Under the pieces are notes generated by a model. It saw only the letters and a list, made by a program, of their open reading frames with translations, did not search any database and was not told the DNA's origin. Made by a program: the position numbers and the translations under genes. A DNA stretch of 60,433 bases, counting the filler. It is 9 parts of 9 records of this genome, joined end to end, with 100 filler letters (N's around TTAATTAATTAA, not from the genome) between each part and the next. Parts side by side here need not be neighbours in the genome. Positions count along the whole stretch, not along the records: positions 6,400 to 15,113 come from SRR31147125_63554; positions 15,214 to 20,506 come from SRR31147125_63591; positions 20,607 to 26,234 come from SRR31147125_63597; 6 more parts are not named here. One strand, written 5' to 3'. Of this stretch, positions 11,452-20,607 are shown piece by piece. The number at the start of each line of letters is the position of its first letter. Position 1 is the first letter of the stretch.

Positions 11452-11597
11452 TGGATTCCCGCTACGAACATGCGGGAATGACATCTGTGTTTTCATTTAC
11501 AGACGATGCATGTGATTGAATAGTTTGTTTTTTTGAAAATTATACATTCAATACTAACGGAGGGGTGTCATTCCCGAGTGTTTTTATCGGGAATCCA
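11452..11597. repeat. Inverted pair of ATTCCCG..CGGGAAT palindromic REP-like units
   Basis: TGGATTCCCGctacgaacatgCGGGAATGACA (11452-11483) and TGTCATTCCCGagtgtttttatCGGGAATCCA (11566-11597); each is a hairpin and they are inverted copies of each other. Confidence 0.75.
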
Positions 11598-11943
11598 GGG
11601 GAGGGGCGTTATTTAATATATCGCGTCAATGGAACAAGTTTGTGAGTGACAATTAATGCTCTAAAAAGCGTCGCGCTCTGCAGGATCATCCAATATTTTA
11701 TCAAGGTAGGGGTGCATTTTACCGTTTTGCCCTGCTACAGCTCAGATATGTCTGCACAGGACAAAATTTAATTCCTGGCAAGTGCAAAACACGATCTTTT
11801 CTCACATTTATTATCGATAAAAAACAAATTGATATTGACCTCATTAAATTATTTCACCCTTTACCCTTTGAAGGTTGGTGATTTAAAAAAGTCAAAAAGC
11901 GAATCAATCGATCCCTCGAACCCAAAATAAAGAATTATTTCCT

Positions 11944-12010
11944 TTGACATCTAGTAAATTAATTCTTATTATTTATGTATCAATCCGTATACGTTTCCGT
12001 AATCGTTTAC
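11944..12010 (+). promoter_or_regulatory. Sigma70 promoter of the lacI-family gene with downstream LacI-type operators
   Basis: TTGACA (11944-11949)-17 nt-TATTAT (11967-11972), then CG-centred GTATACGTTTCC and GTAATCGTTTAC (11987-12010). Confidence 0.62.
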
Positions 12011-12091
12011 ATTTTATTCTGTTCGTTTCAATTCTTCCAGAAAGTTGATTTCGTTACGTTTATTTCACCTAATTGCATTTACGGAGTTTTT

Positions 12092-13090
12092 GTGCCAGTT
12101 ACTATGAAAGATGTTGCCCGGGCAGCCGGTGTGTCCGTTGTAACCGTTTCGAGAGCTTTTAATAATAAACCGGATATCGATAGCAAGACAAAAGAGCATA
12201 TCCTTGCGTTAGCCCGTGACATGAATTACGCCCCCAATATCCTGGCCAGAAGTTTAAGAGCGAAAAACACAAAAAGTATTGGCATTGTTATACCCGATTT
12301 AGGTGATCCTGTTTTTGCCGAAATTTTACAGGGCTGCAGTATCATGGCCAGGGAGCATGACTATCAAATCCTGTTGGCAACATTATCTCAACAGGGTAAG
12401 AATAGTGAGGAAGAAATTAACGCCATCCAAACGCTACTTCGGAAAAGGGTGAGTGGCCTGCTTTTGCAACCGGAACATGAAGAATCCCGGTATATGCATT
12501 TGTTGGAAAAGTGTCCCATACCGTTTGTTTTCTGGAATCGTCAACCCCAGGGAATTGATTGTTGTTATGTATCGCATGATCATGAGTATGGCGCCTACAT
12601 TACAGTAAAGCATTTTATCGAAAGAAAACATACAGACATTTGTTTTCTGGTTCGAAAACCGCAAACCAGTAGTGTTACAGCCAGAATAAGGGGATGTCAA
12701 AAAGCGCTAAAGGAAAAACAATTACCTGAAAGTGCTGTTAGGGTCGTTGAGTGTGGTGATAGTGCTCAGGATGCCTGGCAAAAAACAAAAAAGTTGCTTG
12801 AAAAGAATCGGCCTACCGCTATACTTACCTGGGATGATGTCATGGCTATTGGAGTAGCCAAAGCAGTGATGGATTCCGGTTATCTTATTCCACAGGACAT
12901 TGCCATTGCCGGATATAATGATATTGAGATGGCCAGCTATTTATCTCCCACCCTGACTACTGTACGCCAAAATTCCATAAAGATTGGAAAAATGGCTACT
13001 GAATTATTGATTAAAAACATTGAACAGGAAACAAAACAGGTAAAAAAAATATTGATCGAACCCGAGCTCATTATCAGAGAGACAGCCTGA
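12092..13090 (+). CDS. LacI family transcriptional regulator
   Basis: TMKDVARAAGVSVVTVSRAFN HTH, sugar-binding domain ending LIIRET. GTG start after GGAG; the ORF-track start at 11975 is too far upstream. Confidence 0.93.
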   Translation: MPVTMKDVARAAGVSVVTVSRAFNNKPDIDSKTKEHILALARDMNYAPNILARSLRAKNTKSIGIVIPDLGDPVFAEILQGCSIMAREHDYQILLATLSQQGKNSEEEINAIQTLLRKRVSGLLLQPEHEESRYMHLLEKCPIPFVFWNRQPQGIDCCYVSHDHEYGAYITVKHFIERKHTDICFLVRKPQTSSVTARIRGCQKALKEKQLPESAVRVVECGDSAQDAWQKTKKLLEKNRPTAILTWDDVMAIGVAKAVMDSGYLIPQDIAIAGYNDIEMASYLSPTLTTVRQNSIKIGKMATELLIKNIEQETKQVKKILIEPELIIRETA

Positions 13091-13226
13091 AATCCTTGAG
13101 CTATTTTGAAAGATTATTACCAGATCTTTTGAGGCACCTGGTTGATTTTTTGATTATATGACATTATTGACCTTGAAAAATGTAAGTAAATTTATTTTAT
13201 TCAAAGCATAAAAGGAATTATTCATA

Positions 13227-14524
13227 ATGAATCCAATAACAATCAATAATGTGGATATGACATTTGAACGGGAGGCCCTGGTTCGTCCTTTTGGTTTTAA
13301 AGGGATCTACCAAAAGGAATTTTGGGTTTCAGCCGCTCTTCTGGAGAGCGAGTCTGGTAATAAAAAGGTTGGTATTATGACCCAATCTCCGGCCTGGAGT
13401 GATATCGATCTCTATCTTGCTCATTCGGAAGTTGGAGGAAATATTTTACTCGCTCTGATACTTGAACATGCGTTGCAGGAAATCAAGGGACAAACTTTTG
13501 AAAATCCCTTAAAGCTGCAGGAAGCGATTTTGCAAAGTGTACACGAGTATGGAGTTTATGTCACAAAGAAGAAGAATCTGCGCCAAACATTCAGCCTGAG
13601 CGCCATGGTTGCCCTGGATAATGCCGCCTGGATGTTATATGCCAAGGAAAATCATATCAAAAATTTTGATGAATTGATTCCTGCCGAGTATCAATCCGCC
13701 TTGTCATGTAGACACAAACACGTGGCTCATGTACCGTTGATGTCGTATGCAGTGCCATTATCAGAAATTGAAAATGCGGTTGATCAGGGTTATTTCTTTA
13801 TGAAAATAAAAATAGGCAGACCCGGCAGTCAGGAGGAAATGCTGGAAGGGGATAAGGCACGAATCGAAGCCATACATAAGCTTATTGGGCACAGAGAGAC
13901 ACCGCATACCCAAAATGGAAAAATACCCTATTACTTTGATGCCAATGGACGGTACGAAAAAAGGAAACATTGGAGCGACTTTTGGATCATGCAAAAAAAG
14001 TGGGCATGTTCGATCAGATCGCTATCATAGAAGAACCCTTTCCGGAAGAAGCGGATATTGATGTCAGTGATTTAGGTGTCCGGATTGCCGCGGATGAAAG
14101 TGCGCATACAGCAATCGATGTAAAAACACGAATTCAAATGGGATATGGTGCTATCGCCCTTAAAGTGGCTGCCAAAACACTGAGTATGACCTTAAAGATG
14201 GCTCAGGTGGCCCATGAAAACAATATCCCCTGCTTTTTAGCTGATCTTACCTGTACACCTATTCTGGTAGACTGGAATAAAATGATTGCTGCCCGGCTGG
14301 CACCGTTCCCCGGTCTTAAGAATATGGGATTACTGGAATCCAATGGTTTTCAAAATTTTAAAAGATGGGATGACCTTGTTAGATTTCATCCCTTTTCAAA
14401 CGGTTCATGGATCCGTTCTAAAAAAGGTTTATTCAATCTCAAGGATGATTTTTATGGATTGAATGGCGGTATTCTTACGTCATCAGAACATTATTTGAAT
14501 TTATTTGATTTTGACAAAAAATAA
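13227..14524 (+). CDS. Enolase-superfamily (mandelate racemase/dipeptide epimerase-like) protein; one-base frameshift near 13960
   Basis: KIKIG, DANGRY, EEP and AADES motifs. Adding one A to the A6 run restores YEKKETLERL and joins 13227..14030 with 13970..14524. Confidence 0.75.
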
Positions 14525-14747
14525 AATTTCCAGAAATCATATAAGAACTGGATCTTGATACACTTTTGTTTTTATGAGACGATCCCGGATGCAATTAAAT
14601 ATCGTCTAACATAAAAAAAATCGATTTATATGTTGCAGCGGCTTATTGAACCATGTGGTGCGATAACACTTTTATAGACACAGTCAAAAGTGAACCATTC
14701 AGGTTATTAAATGTGTAATTTGTTCCGGGGAGATAAAAAAGAGAAAA

Positions 14748-15113
14748 ATGGAGGTCGGTTTGAACTACTTACAGTGTGTTAAAAACAAGATTAGGATGAT
14801 GTTTGTGGTCATATTTCTGGTATCCGGAGTAATCACTGTTCATGCCCGGGAAGCAAAAACCTCACTTGAGGTGAGACCACCTGTGCCCCTGTTGCCAATT
14901 CCCACAGCCAGACAGCTGGAATGGCAGACCGATGAAATGACCATGTTTGTTCATTTTACTGTCAATACCTATACGGATCGTGAATGGGGTGATGGCAGTG
15001 AAGATCCACAGATCTTTAATCCTGTTGAGCTGGATGCGCATCAATGGGTGCGGGCAGCGAAAATGGCTGGTTTCAAAACAATGATTCTGACCGCCAAACA
15101 TCATGATGGATTT
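14748..15113 (+). CDS. Alpha-L-fucosidase GH29, N-terminal part
   Basis: FVHF, EWGDG, FNP and LTAKHHDGF motifs; signal peptide. Confidence 0.88.
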
Positions 15114-15213
15114 NNNNNNNNNNNNNNNNNNNNNNNNNNNNNNNNNNNNNNNNNNNNTTAATTAATTAANNNNNNNNNNNNNNNNNNNNNNNNNNNNNNN
15201 NNNNNNNNNNNNN
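15114..15213. other. Artificial contig linker
   Basis: N44-TTAATTAATTAA-N44. Confidence 0.97.
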
Positions 15214-16637
15214 GAGCGCCTTAGCCGCTATAAAACCGGCGAACTAAACGCCAGCCTGTCCAGCAATGTTGATGAAAGCGTTACCATGATGGGCATGATA
15301 TCGGGAATGTTTCTTGATACCGTTATCACCCCCGGTTGTGACGGGGATGTTTTTTATCGACTGGAGAATGGCTGTTCTGGTGGCGATCATGATGCCCCTT
15401 GCCATCCCCCTATATAAGAGGAAACGGCAGGGCGGAATAACAGAAAAGACCGAAATGGCGGCAGCCAATGCAGCCCTGGAATCGGATCTCATCGAGTATG
15501 TCCAGGGGCTTCCCGTGCTGCGGGCAACCAATCAGACAGGCACCAATGCCAAACGGCTGTATGCCGGTATTTTAAAAATTCGGGATCTTCAAAGAGAATC
15601 TGTCTGGAAACCCATCATCCTAATGCTCTTTCTGGATATGATCACCCTTGCCACCCTGATCTTAATTGTATCCCTGGGAAGTTTGTGGGTGGGTAACGCA
15701 TCAATGAGTATTGCAGCTGTTGCAGCCATTTTGGTGATGATCTCACGCCTGATGGAGCCCTTGTCCATCTTTTTGGCGATTACGTCAACCCTTGATATTA
15801 TGGCCTCCTCATTCAGACGGGTTAAAACGTTGTTAAGTATTCCCCCCTTGAAGTGAGGCAACCCGAGGCCGAGGTGAGCCGCTATGAGATCGAATTTGAG
15901 GGGGTGGATTTCAGCTACCATGGTCAGGATGAAAAGGCCTTGAACCGTATCAGCGTCCGGATTCCCAGCAAGTCGATGACGGCCATTGTGGGCCCGTCCG
16001 GCTCGGGCAAAACAACCATGACCAAGATGATGATGCGCCATGCCGACCCCCAAAAGGGAGCCATAAGGATCGGTGGAGCCGACATCCGTAACATGAGCCA
16101 GAAATACCTTTTGAGCCTGTTTTCCGTGGTGTTTCAGGAGGTCTATCTCTTTGATGACAGCATCATGGAAAATATCCGTATGGCAAAACCCAGCGCCGAT
16201 GATGCGGCGGTCAAGCAAGCGGCCCAGGCCGCCTATTGCCATGAATTTATTGAAAGGCTTCCCCATGGATACCAGACAGGGGTTGGGGATATCGGCGGCT
16301 CCCTGTCAGGGGGGAACGTCAGCGGATCAGTATTGCCAGAGCGATTCTCAAAGATGCGCCCATCGTCATGCTTGACGAACCCACGGCTGCCCTGGATACC
16401 CAGAGCGAACTGGCGGTGCAAAAGGCCATTGACGTTCTGGTCAAAGATAAAACAGTGATTGTCATTGCCCATCGCCTTTCAACCATTGCAGGTGCCGACA
16501 AAATCCTGGTTATTGAGGAGGGGAAATTGATCGAACAGGGCCTGCACAAATCACTGCTGGTTAAAAAAGGAAGATATTACGACCTTTGGCAGGCCCAGCT
16601 TCGAACCAAGGCATGGAATCAAGAATTTAAAAATTAA
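15214..16637 (+). CDS. ABC transporter, fused permease/ATPase (YbtQ/IrtB-like); 5' truncated, three homopolymer frameshifts
   Basis: TM domain (EYVQGLPVLR), Walker A GPSGSGKTT, LSGGE(RQR), LDEPTAALD, IAHRLST. Frame breaks at a C run near 15330, C6 near 15845 and G6 near 16310. Confidence 0.85.
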
Positions 16638-16689
16638 AACAAGAGGGGGCCTGCCTGCCACGGGACAGAAAGCTGTGCCCCCTGTTTTT
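16636..16689. terminator. Probable bidirectional terminator between convergent genes
   Basis: AAAACA-AGAGGGGGC...GCCCCCTG-TTTTT inverted repeat with A and T tails. Confidence 0.5.
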
Positions 16690-17072
16690 TATCGATAGTC
16701 AAGATCAACGCAATAGTTTTTTGAGCCGCTTTTGTAGTAGGAACAGGCCTTGTAATAGCCGTTCTCCCCTGTGATGATCACTTTGCCGTCGTGGGTGACC
16801 CGGATATTGCCCACGCGGCTGAAGACGCTGGGGCCGTAGTCTTTTTTGCTGGGATAGGCGTTGATTTCCACCTTGCCGCCATCATCTTCATCATTTACGC
16901 ATTGGGTTCTGCCGGATAGAATGTGGAAATGCTCACCGCAAAAGAATCCGCACTCAAAGTCAATTTCAAAACCGATGTCGGATTTGCATTGGACACACAT
17001 GGCTTGGGCCGGGGCGGTTGAGATCAACAATGTTGCTGTGAGAATTCCCATTGCAAGGATAATCGGGCGCAT
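16689..17072 (-). CDS. Small secreted Cys-rich hypothetical protein
   Basis: AAGGAG RBS; signal peptide ending AQA; 7 Cys in the ~100-aa mature part. Confidence 0.7.
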   Translation of the reverse strand: MRPIILAMGILTATLLISTAPAQAMCVQCKSDIGFEIDFECGFFCGEHFHILSGRTQCVNDEDDGGKVEINAYPSKKDYGPSVFSRVGNIRVTHDGKVIITGENGYYKACSYYKSGSKNYCVDLDYR

Positions 17073-17709
17073 GGTCTTAAACTCCTTTTTATTGTCTGGG
17101 GTTCAAATTAAAATGGCATTGATGGTTTTATACCCGCATAAACCGTTTCATATCATAAAGATCATAAACTATACCATAGCATAAACCGTACCAGCTTGGG
17201 GCCAGATCCCGGAGTCCCTTTCTATCCCTGGGCTGGAGGGAGGACAGGCTCCGGCGTTTTTCCCCGGGTAAGGTCAACTTTATTGGCACTCATTTTAGCG
17301 TTGGGCTTGAATCGGGTTGGGCCAAAGGTTTTGCATTGAGGATCAGGGCAAAGGCTTGGCTTTCTCCCACGGCGGTCATGGCCTGTCCCGTCCGGGCTTG
17401 AAAAAAAGGGCAAGCAGGATGCAGAGCAAGAAAAAAGAGTAAAAACCCCAGGGGCGCCCTTACCCCTGCGATGTCTATCAGCCAGAAGTCATTCAGGGCC
17501 TTGGCAAAGAACTTTTTAAGGCCGATCACAGGTCTCAGCCCTTTGCCGCCAATGGGCCAGAGCATGGCCGTAACTGGACTTGATCAGGGGACAGAGGTTG
17601 GCCGGCAGATGGCGTTCCGCAACCGGAAATGGGTCTTCCGAATTCTAATGCGAACAGGTATTTTGTATAGAAAAAAAAGATCAGGATTTCGTGGGGGGGT
17701 GGGAAAATG

Positions 17710-17750
17710 CCTAAGCCCCGGCAATGAAAAGGACATTGCCGGGGCTTAGG
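17710..17750 (-). terminator. Terminator hairpin downstream of the cytochrome b gene
   Basis: Perfect 17-bp stem CCTAAGCCCCGGCAATG / CATTGCCGGGGCTTAGG, 10 nt after the stop. Confidence 0.72.
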
Positions 17751-17760
17751 AAAGAGGGGA

Positions 17761-18405
17761 TCAGCCCTTTTTAGTGGCCTTGTTTTCCCAGTCATGGATT
17801 TTGGTGGTGTCGTAGACTTCCTCCCAGCCTGTGATCATACCGGCAATATGGCTGAACAGGGAATGGCCCGTGGTGGTCATATACAGGTGAATGATCAGAA
17901 AGTTCACCAATAAAAAGGCCACCAGGGTGTGGACCACTGCCAAAATGGACAGGTCAATGCCACCGGGGATTGTGTTGTACAGGTAGTAGAGCAGGCCTGT
18001 TACCATCTGGGCCGGCAGCAGGGCTGCGGAAATGCCCAGGTAGGCCAGGCGCTGCAGGGGATTGTGTTTGGCCCCTGCAGATTTCTGGACCGGGTGGTCC
18101 TGGCCCCTGAAGATGCCATAGGCGTAGTAGAGTACCACGTCAATGAGTTTTCTGGTGGTGGGGATGTACTGCTTCCACTCCCCGGTGGTCAAGAGCCAGA
18201 AAACAAAGAAGGCAAAGAGGATGAGCCAGGACAGGCCCACAAAGTTGTGGACCTCCACGGCGGTTTCAAATCCCAGGAGGGCGTAGGTCCCGTGGACTTC
18301 AAACCCGGTGATGAGAAGGACGATGATCATCAAAGCCTGGAGCCAGTGCCAGAGGCGCTCGAATCGGGTGTACAGATATACTTTTGTCAACGCGCTTGTA
18401 CTCAT
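17761..18405 (-). CDS. Di-heme cytochrome b subunit (PhsC/HyaC-like)
   Basis: ERLWHWLQ, VHNFVG, KHNPLQRLAY, VVHTL and IIHLYM: His ligands in four TM helices. Confidence 0.88.
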   Translation of the reverse strand: MSTSALTKVYLYTRFERLWHWLQALMIIVLLITGFEVHGTYALLGFETAVEVHNFVGLSWLILFAFFVFWLLTTGEWKQYIPTTRKLIDVVLYYAYGIFRGQDHPVQKSAGAKHNPLQRLAYLGISAALLPAQMVTGLLYYLYNTIPGGIDLSILAVVHTLVAFLLVNFLIIHLYMTTTGHSLFSHIAGMITGWEEVYDTTKIHDWENKATKKG

Positions 18406-18408
18406 GAT

Positions 18409-20046
18409 TTAATCCTCCTTTCCGTTCCGGGTGAAAAAGCGGCCCAGTCCGTGGAGTGCGACCCCGAACAAGGCACCCAGCACGGCGATGATGCCGATGG
18501 TATCGATGATGGGGTTCTTGTCCCTGCCCGGCAGGTAGATGCCGGTGATGCTGGCCAGTCTCCCCTGGTTGCGGATATGACATTCGGTACAGTTGACGGC
18601 CTTGGATGCCGGGGCCACCATATGGGTGATGGGAAAGGCATAGGTGGTCCGGACATAGTCAAACTCCCCTGAAAAGTCCACGTCCAGGGTCTTGTTTCCC
18701 CGGGTGATGGCGTCGGTCATGTTAAAGGTGGTCCAAAAGCCGTCGGGCCCTGAGAGCAGGGGGGCCACAAGGCGCTTGTTGACCTTGTCATAGGGCAGAT
18801 TGGCCTGGTGCCGCTTAAAGGGATGGATCCGGGAGTTGCGGTCTTCCCGGCTTCCCGTGGGATGGCTGACCTCCACCACCTGGGCCGGGTCAATGACATC
18901 CTTGATGCTCAGGTGCTCAAATCCGCCATTGTACCAGAAGTATTCGGGTTTGACGTTCTTATCCCAGACAAAGGAGCCCTTGATGGATTTGTAAACAGGC
19001 TTGCCGAATTTACCGTCGGTGTGATAGGCCTTGCCGTCCTTGAGATCCCCGGCAGTGCTCCAGTCCCAGGACATCTTGGTGGGAAGGATGCGGGCATATT
19101 CGGGAATATGGCAGGACTGGCAGGCCACCCGGTCCACATGGTGGTTCATCTTGGATGAGGTCTTGTGGGGCAGGGTGCCGTGGCAGGACTCGCAGGTGAT
19201 TTTTGTGGCCATGTCGTCCTGAATAAGGCTCTTGCGTTCGGCCGAGGCCGGACGGGTGTACAGGCGGCCGGCAATGTTATGCTTGACCGTGGTATGGCAG
19301 CGCACACAGGTGAAGTTTGCCCCTTCGGCGGCCATGTGAACGTCAAGATTTCTATTGGGTTTGGTCAGAGAGGTGTCCAGATCCCCGTGTTTGACCCCGT
19401 CCCCGCCGCCACCCTTAAAGTGGCATTCCCCGCAGTGCTGGCGCTGGGGCAGGGTGATGCTGTCCAGGGCGGATTTGATTTCCCCCTGCAATTCCCTGGC
19501 AATTTCAAGGGTTTCGGGGTCATCATCCCCTATAAAGGACTGGATGTCGCCAAAGGCCTCCTGGTAGTTGTACTTGTTGCCGCCGTGGCAGTTGAGGCAG
19601 TTCACCCCTTCTTCCACGCCGTTCCAGCCCACATGGCAGGACAGACACCCCTTGTCCTCCATGTTGTTGCCGGAGATGCAGAAGTTGTTGATGGCATGGC
19701 CGGCCTTGCCGTTCATGATACCAGGCTTGTCCGATTCCACCTTCCAGGTCCAGTGGATGGTCTTTTCAAACTGCATGGATGCGTCGGTGTGGCAGGAGAG
19801 ACAGGCCTGGGTGATCTGTTCTCCTGATGTGAAGTTCTGGTTCAGGGCCTTTATCTTGGAATGGTCCGTGGTGGTCCAGTGGGTGTTGGCCCGTACGGCC
19901 TGCTTGGCCAGCTTTATTCCAAGGGCCTCGTCATCTGTGGCCGGGGGCTGACTTGCCACGCCAATGCCGACACCCCCAAAAAGCAGGATAGCCATTCCTG
20001 CACCCCCCATCAGACCCTTAAAGATCCTTTTGCTCATGTTTCCCAT
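18409..20046 (-). CDS. Octaheme c-type cytochrome, tetrathionate reductase (OTR) family, with C-terminal membrane anchor
   Basis: Eight CxxCH motifs (CLSCH x2, CLNCH, CGECH, CVRCH, CESCH, CQSCH, CTECH); HWTW, GK..INNFC, GGGGDGVKHGDLD and TKMSWDWS motifs. Confidence 0.9.
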   Translation of the reverse strand: MGNMSKRIFKGLMGGAGMAILLFGGVGIGVASQPPATDDEALGIKLAKQAVRANTHWTTTDHSKIKALNQNFTSGEQITQACLSCHTDASMQFEKTIHWTWKVESDKPGIMNGKAGHAINNFCISGNNMEDKGCLSCHVGWNGVEEGVNCLNCHGGNKYNYQEAFGDIQSFIGDDDPETLEIARELQGEIKSALDSITLPQRQHCGECHFKGGGGDGVKHGDLDTSLTKPNRNLDVHMAAEGANFTCVRCHTTVKHNIAGRLYTRPASAERKSLIQDDMATKITCESCHGTLPHKTSSKMNHHVDRVACQSCHIPEYARILPTKMSWDWSTAGDLKDGKAYHTDGKFGKPVYKSIKGSFVWDKNVKPEYFWYNGGFEHLSIKDVIDPAQVVEVSHPTGSREDRNSRIHPFKRHQANLPYDKVNKRLVAPLLSGPDGFWTTFNMTDAITRGNKTLDVDFSGEFDYVRTTYAFPITHMVAPASKAVNCTECHIRNQGRLASITGIYLPGRDKNPIIDTIGIIAVLGALFGVALHGLGRFFTRNGKED

Positions 20047-20133
20047 TATGCCTCCTCATCACTCCCCGGTTGAATACAAGCAGGCGGCAGGGATGCTGGA
20101 TCCTTTCAGCACCGGCCTGCCGCCGCAATTGTC

Positions 20134-20484
20134 CTATTTACAGGTCGCCGGTGTGGGCGAGTCTTTGGCAAAACTATAAAAATAGGAGTAGATGTCCAGA
20201 ACGTCCTTGTCACTGGCAGCTGCCCATTCCTGGTCGCAGCCAAAGGCGGAAAAGTTCTTGCCCTCAAATATCTCCTTCCACTCGGCCATGGTCTTGTCCG
20301 CAGGGCTGACCTTGGGGGAGGCCGATTCTACAGCGCCTCTCTCATGGCAGGCCTTTACCAGTTTACGATAGGTGTACTTGCCCTTTCTCTTGTTGCCGCC
20401 GGGACCGTCAGCGGCAAAGGCCGCGCCCAAAGAGCCAAGGGTGAACAGGAAAAGAATGGTAATAATCAAGGTGTTTTTAAGCAT
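20134..20484 (-). CDS. Small periplasmic cytochrome c-like protein with incomplete heme motif (VKACH)
   Basis: Signal peptide AFA; GNKRKGKY..xxxCH; C-terminal DSPTPATCK; AAGGAG RBS; upstream of the OTR gene. Confidence 0.65.
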   Translation of the reverse strand: MLKNTLIITILFLFTLGSLGAAFAADGPGGNKRKGKYTYRKLVKACHERGAVESASPKVSPADKTMAEWKEIFEGKNFSAFGCDQEWAAASDKDVLDIYSYFYSFAKDSPTPATCK

Positions 20485-20506
20485 GGTATCTCCTTAAATT
20501 GGGTCT

Positions 20507-20606
20507 NNNNNNNNNNNNNNNNNNNNNNNNNNNNNNNNNNNNNNNNNNNNTTAATTAATTAANNNNNNNNNNNNNNNNNNNNNNNNNNNNNNNNNNNNNN
20601 NNNNNN
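20507..20606. other. Artificial contig linker
   Basis: N44-TTAATTAATTAA-N44. Confidence 0.97.
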
Positions 20607-20607
20607 C

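Noticed and set aside
13950-13970. Programmed frameshift or pseudogene in the enolase-family gene
   Set aside because: One base is missing from an A run. The same error type recurs in unrelated contigs (15845, 16310, 36307, 36547, 48785, 55300), pointing to homopolymer sequencing error.
15214-16637. ABC transporter pseudogene
   Set aside because: All three breaks are one-base indels in C/G runs and the motifs are intact. Decay cannot be excluded without reads.
17100-17700. Short ORFs or ncRNA between the Cys-rich gene and cytochrome b
   Set aside because: The overlapping ORFs lack RBS and motifs, and I could not support a structured RNA.
17929-19951. Long + strand ORFs (247 aa, 220 aa and others)
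   Set aside because: Antisense shadows of GC-rich cytochrome genes; the same applies to 37616..38377 opposite paaK.
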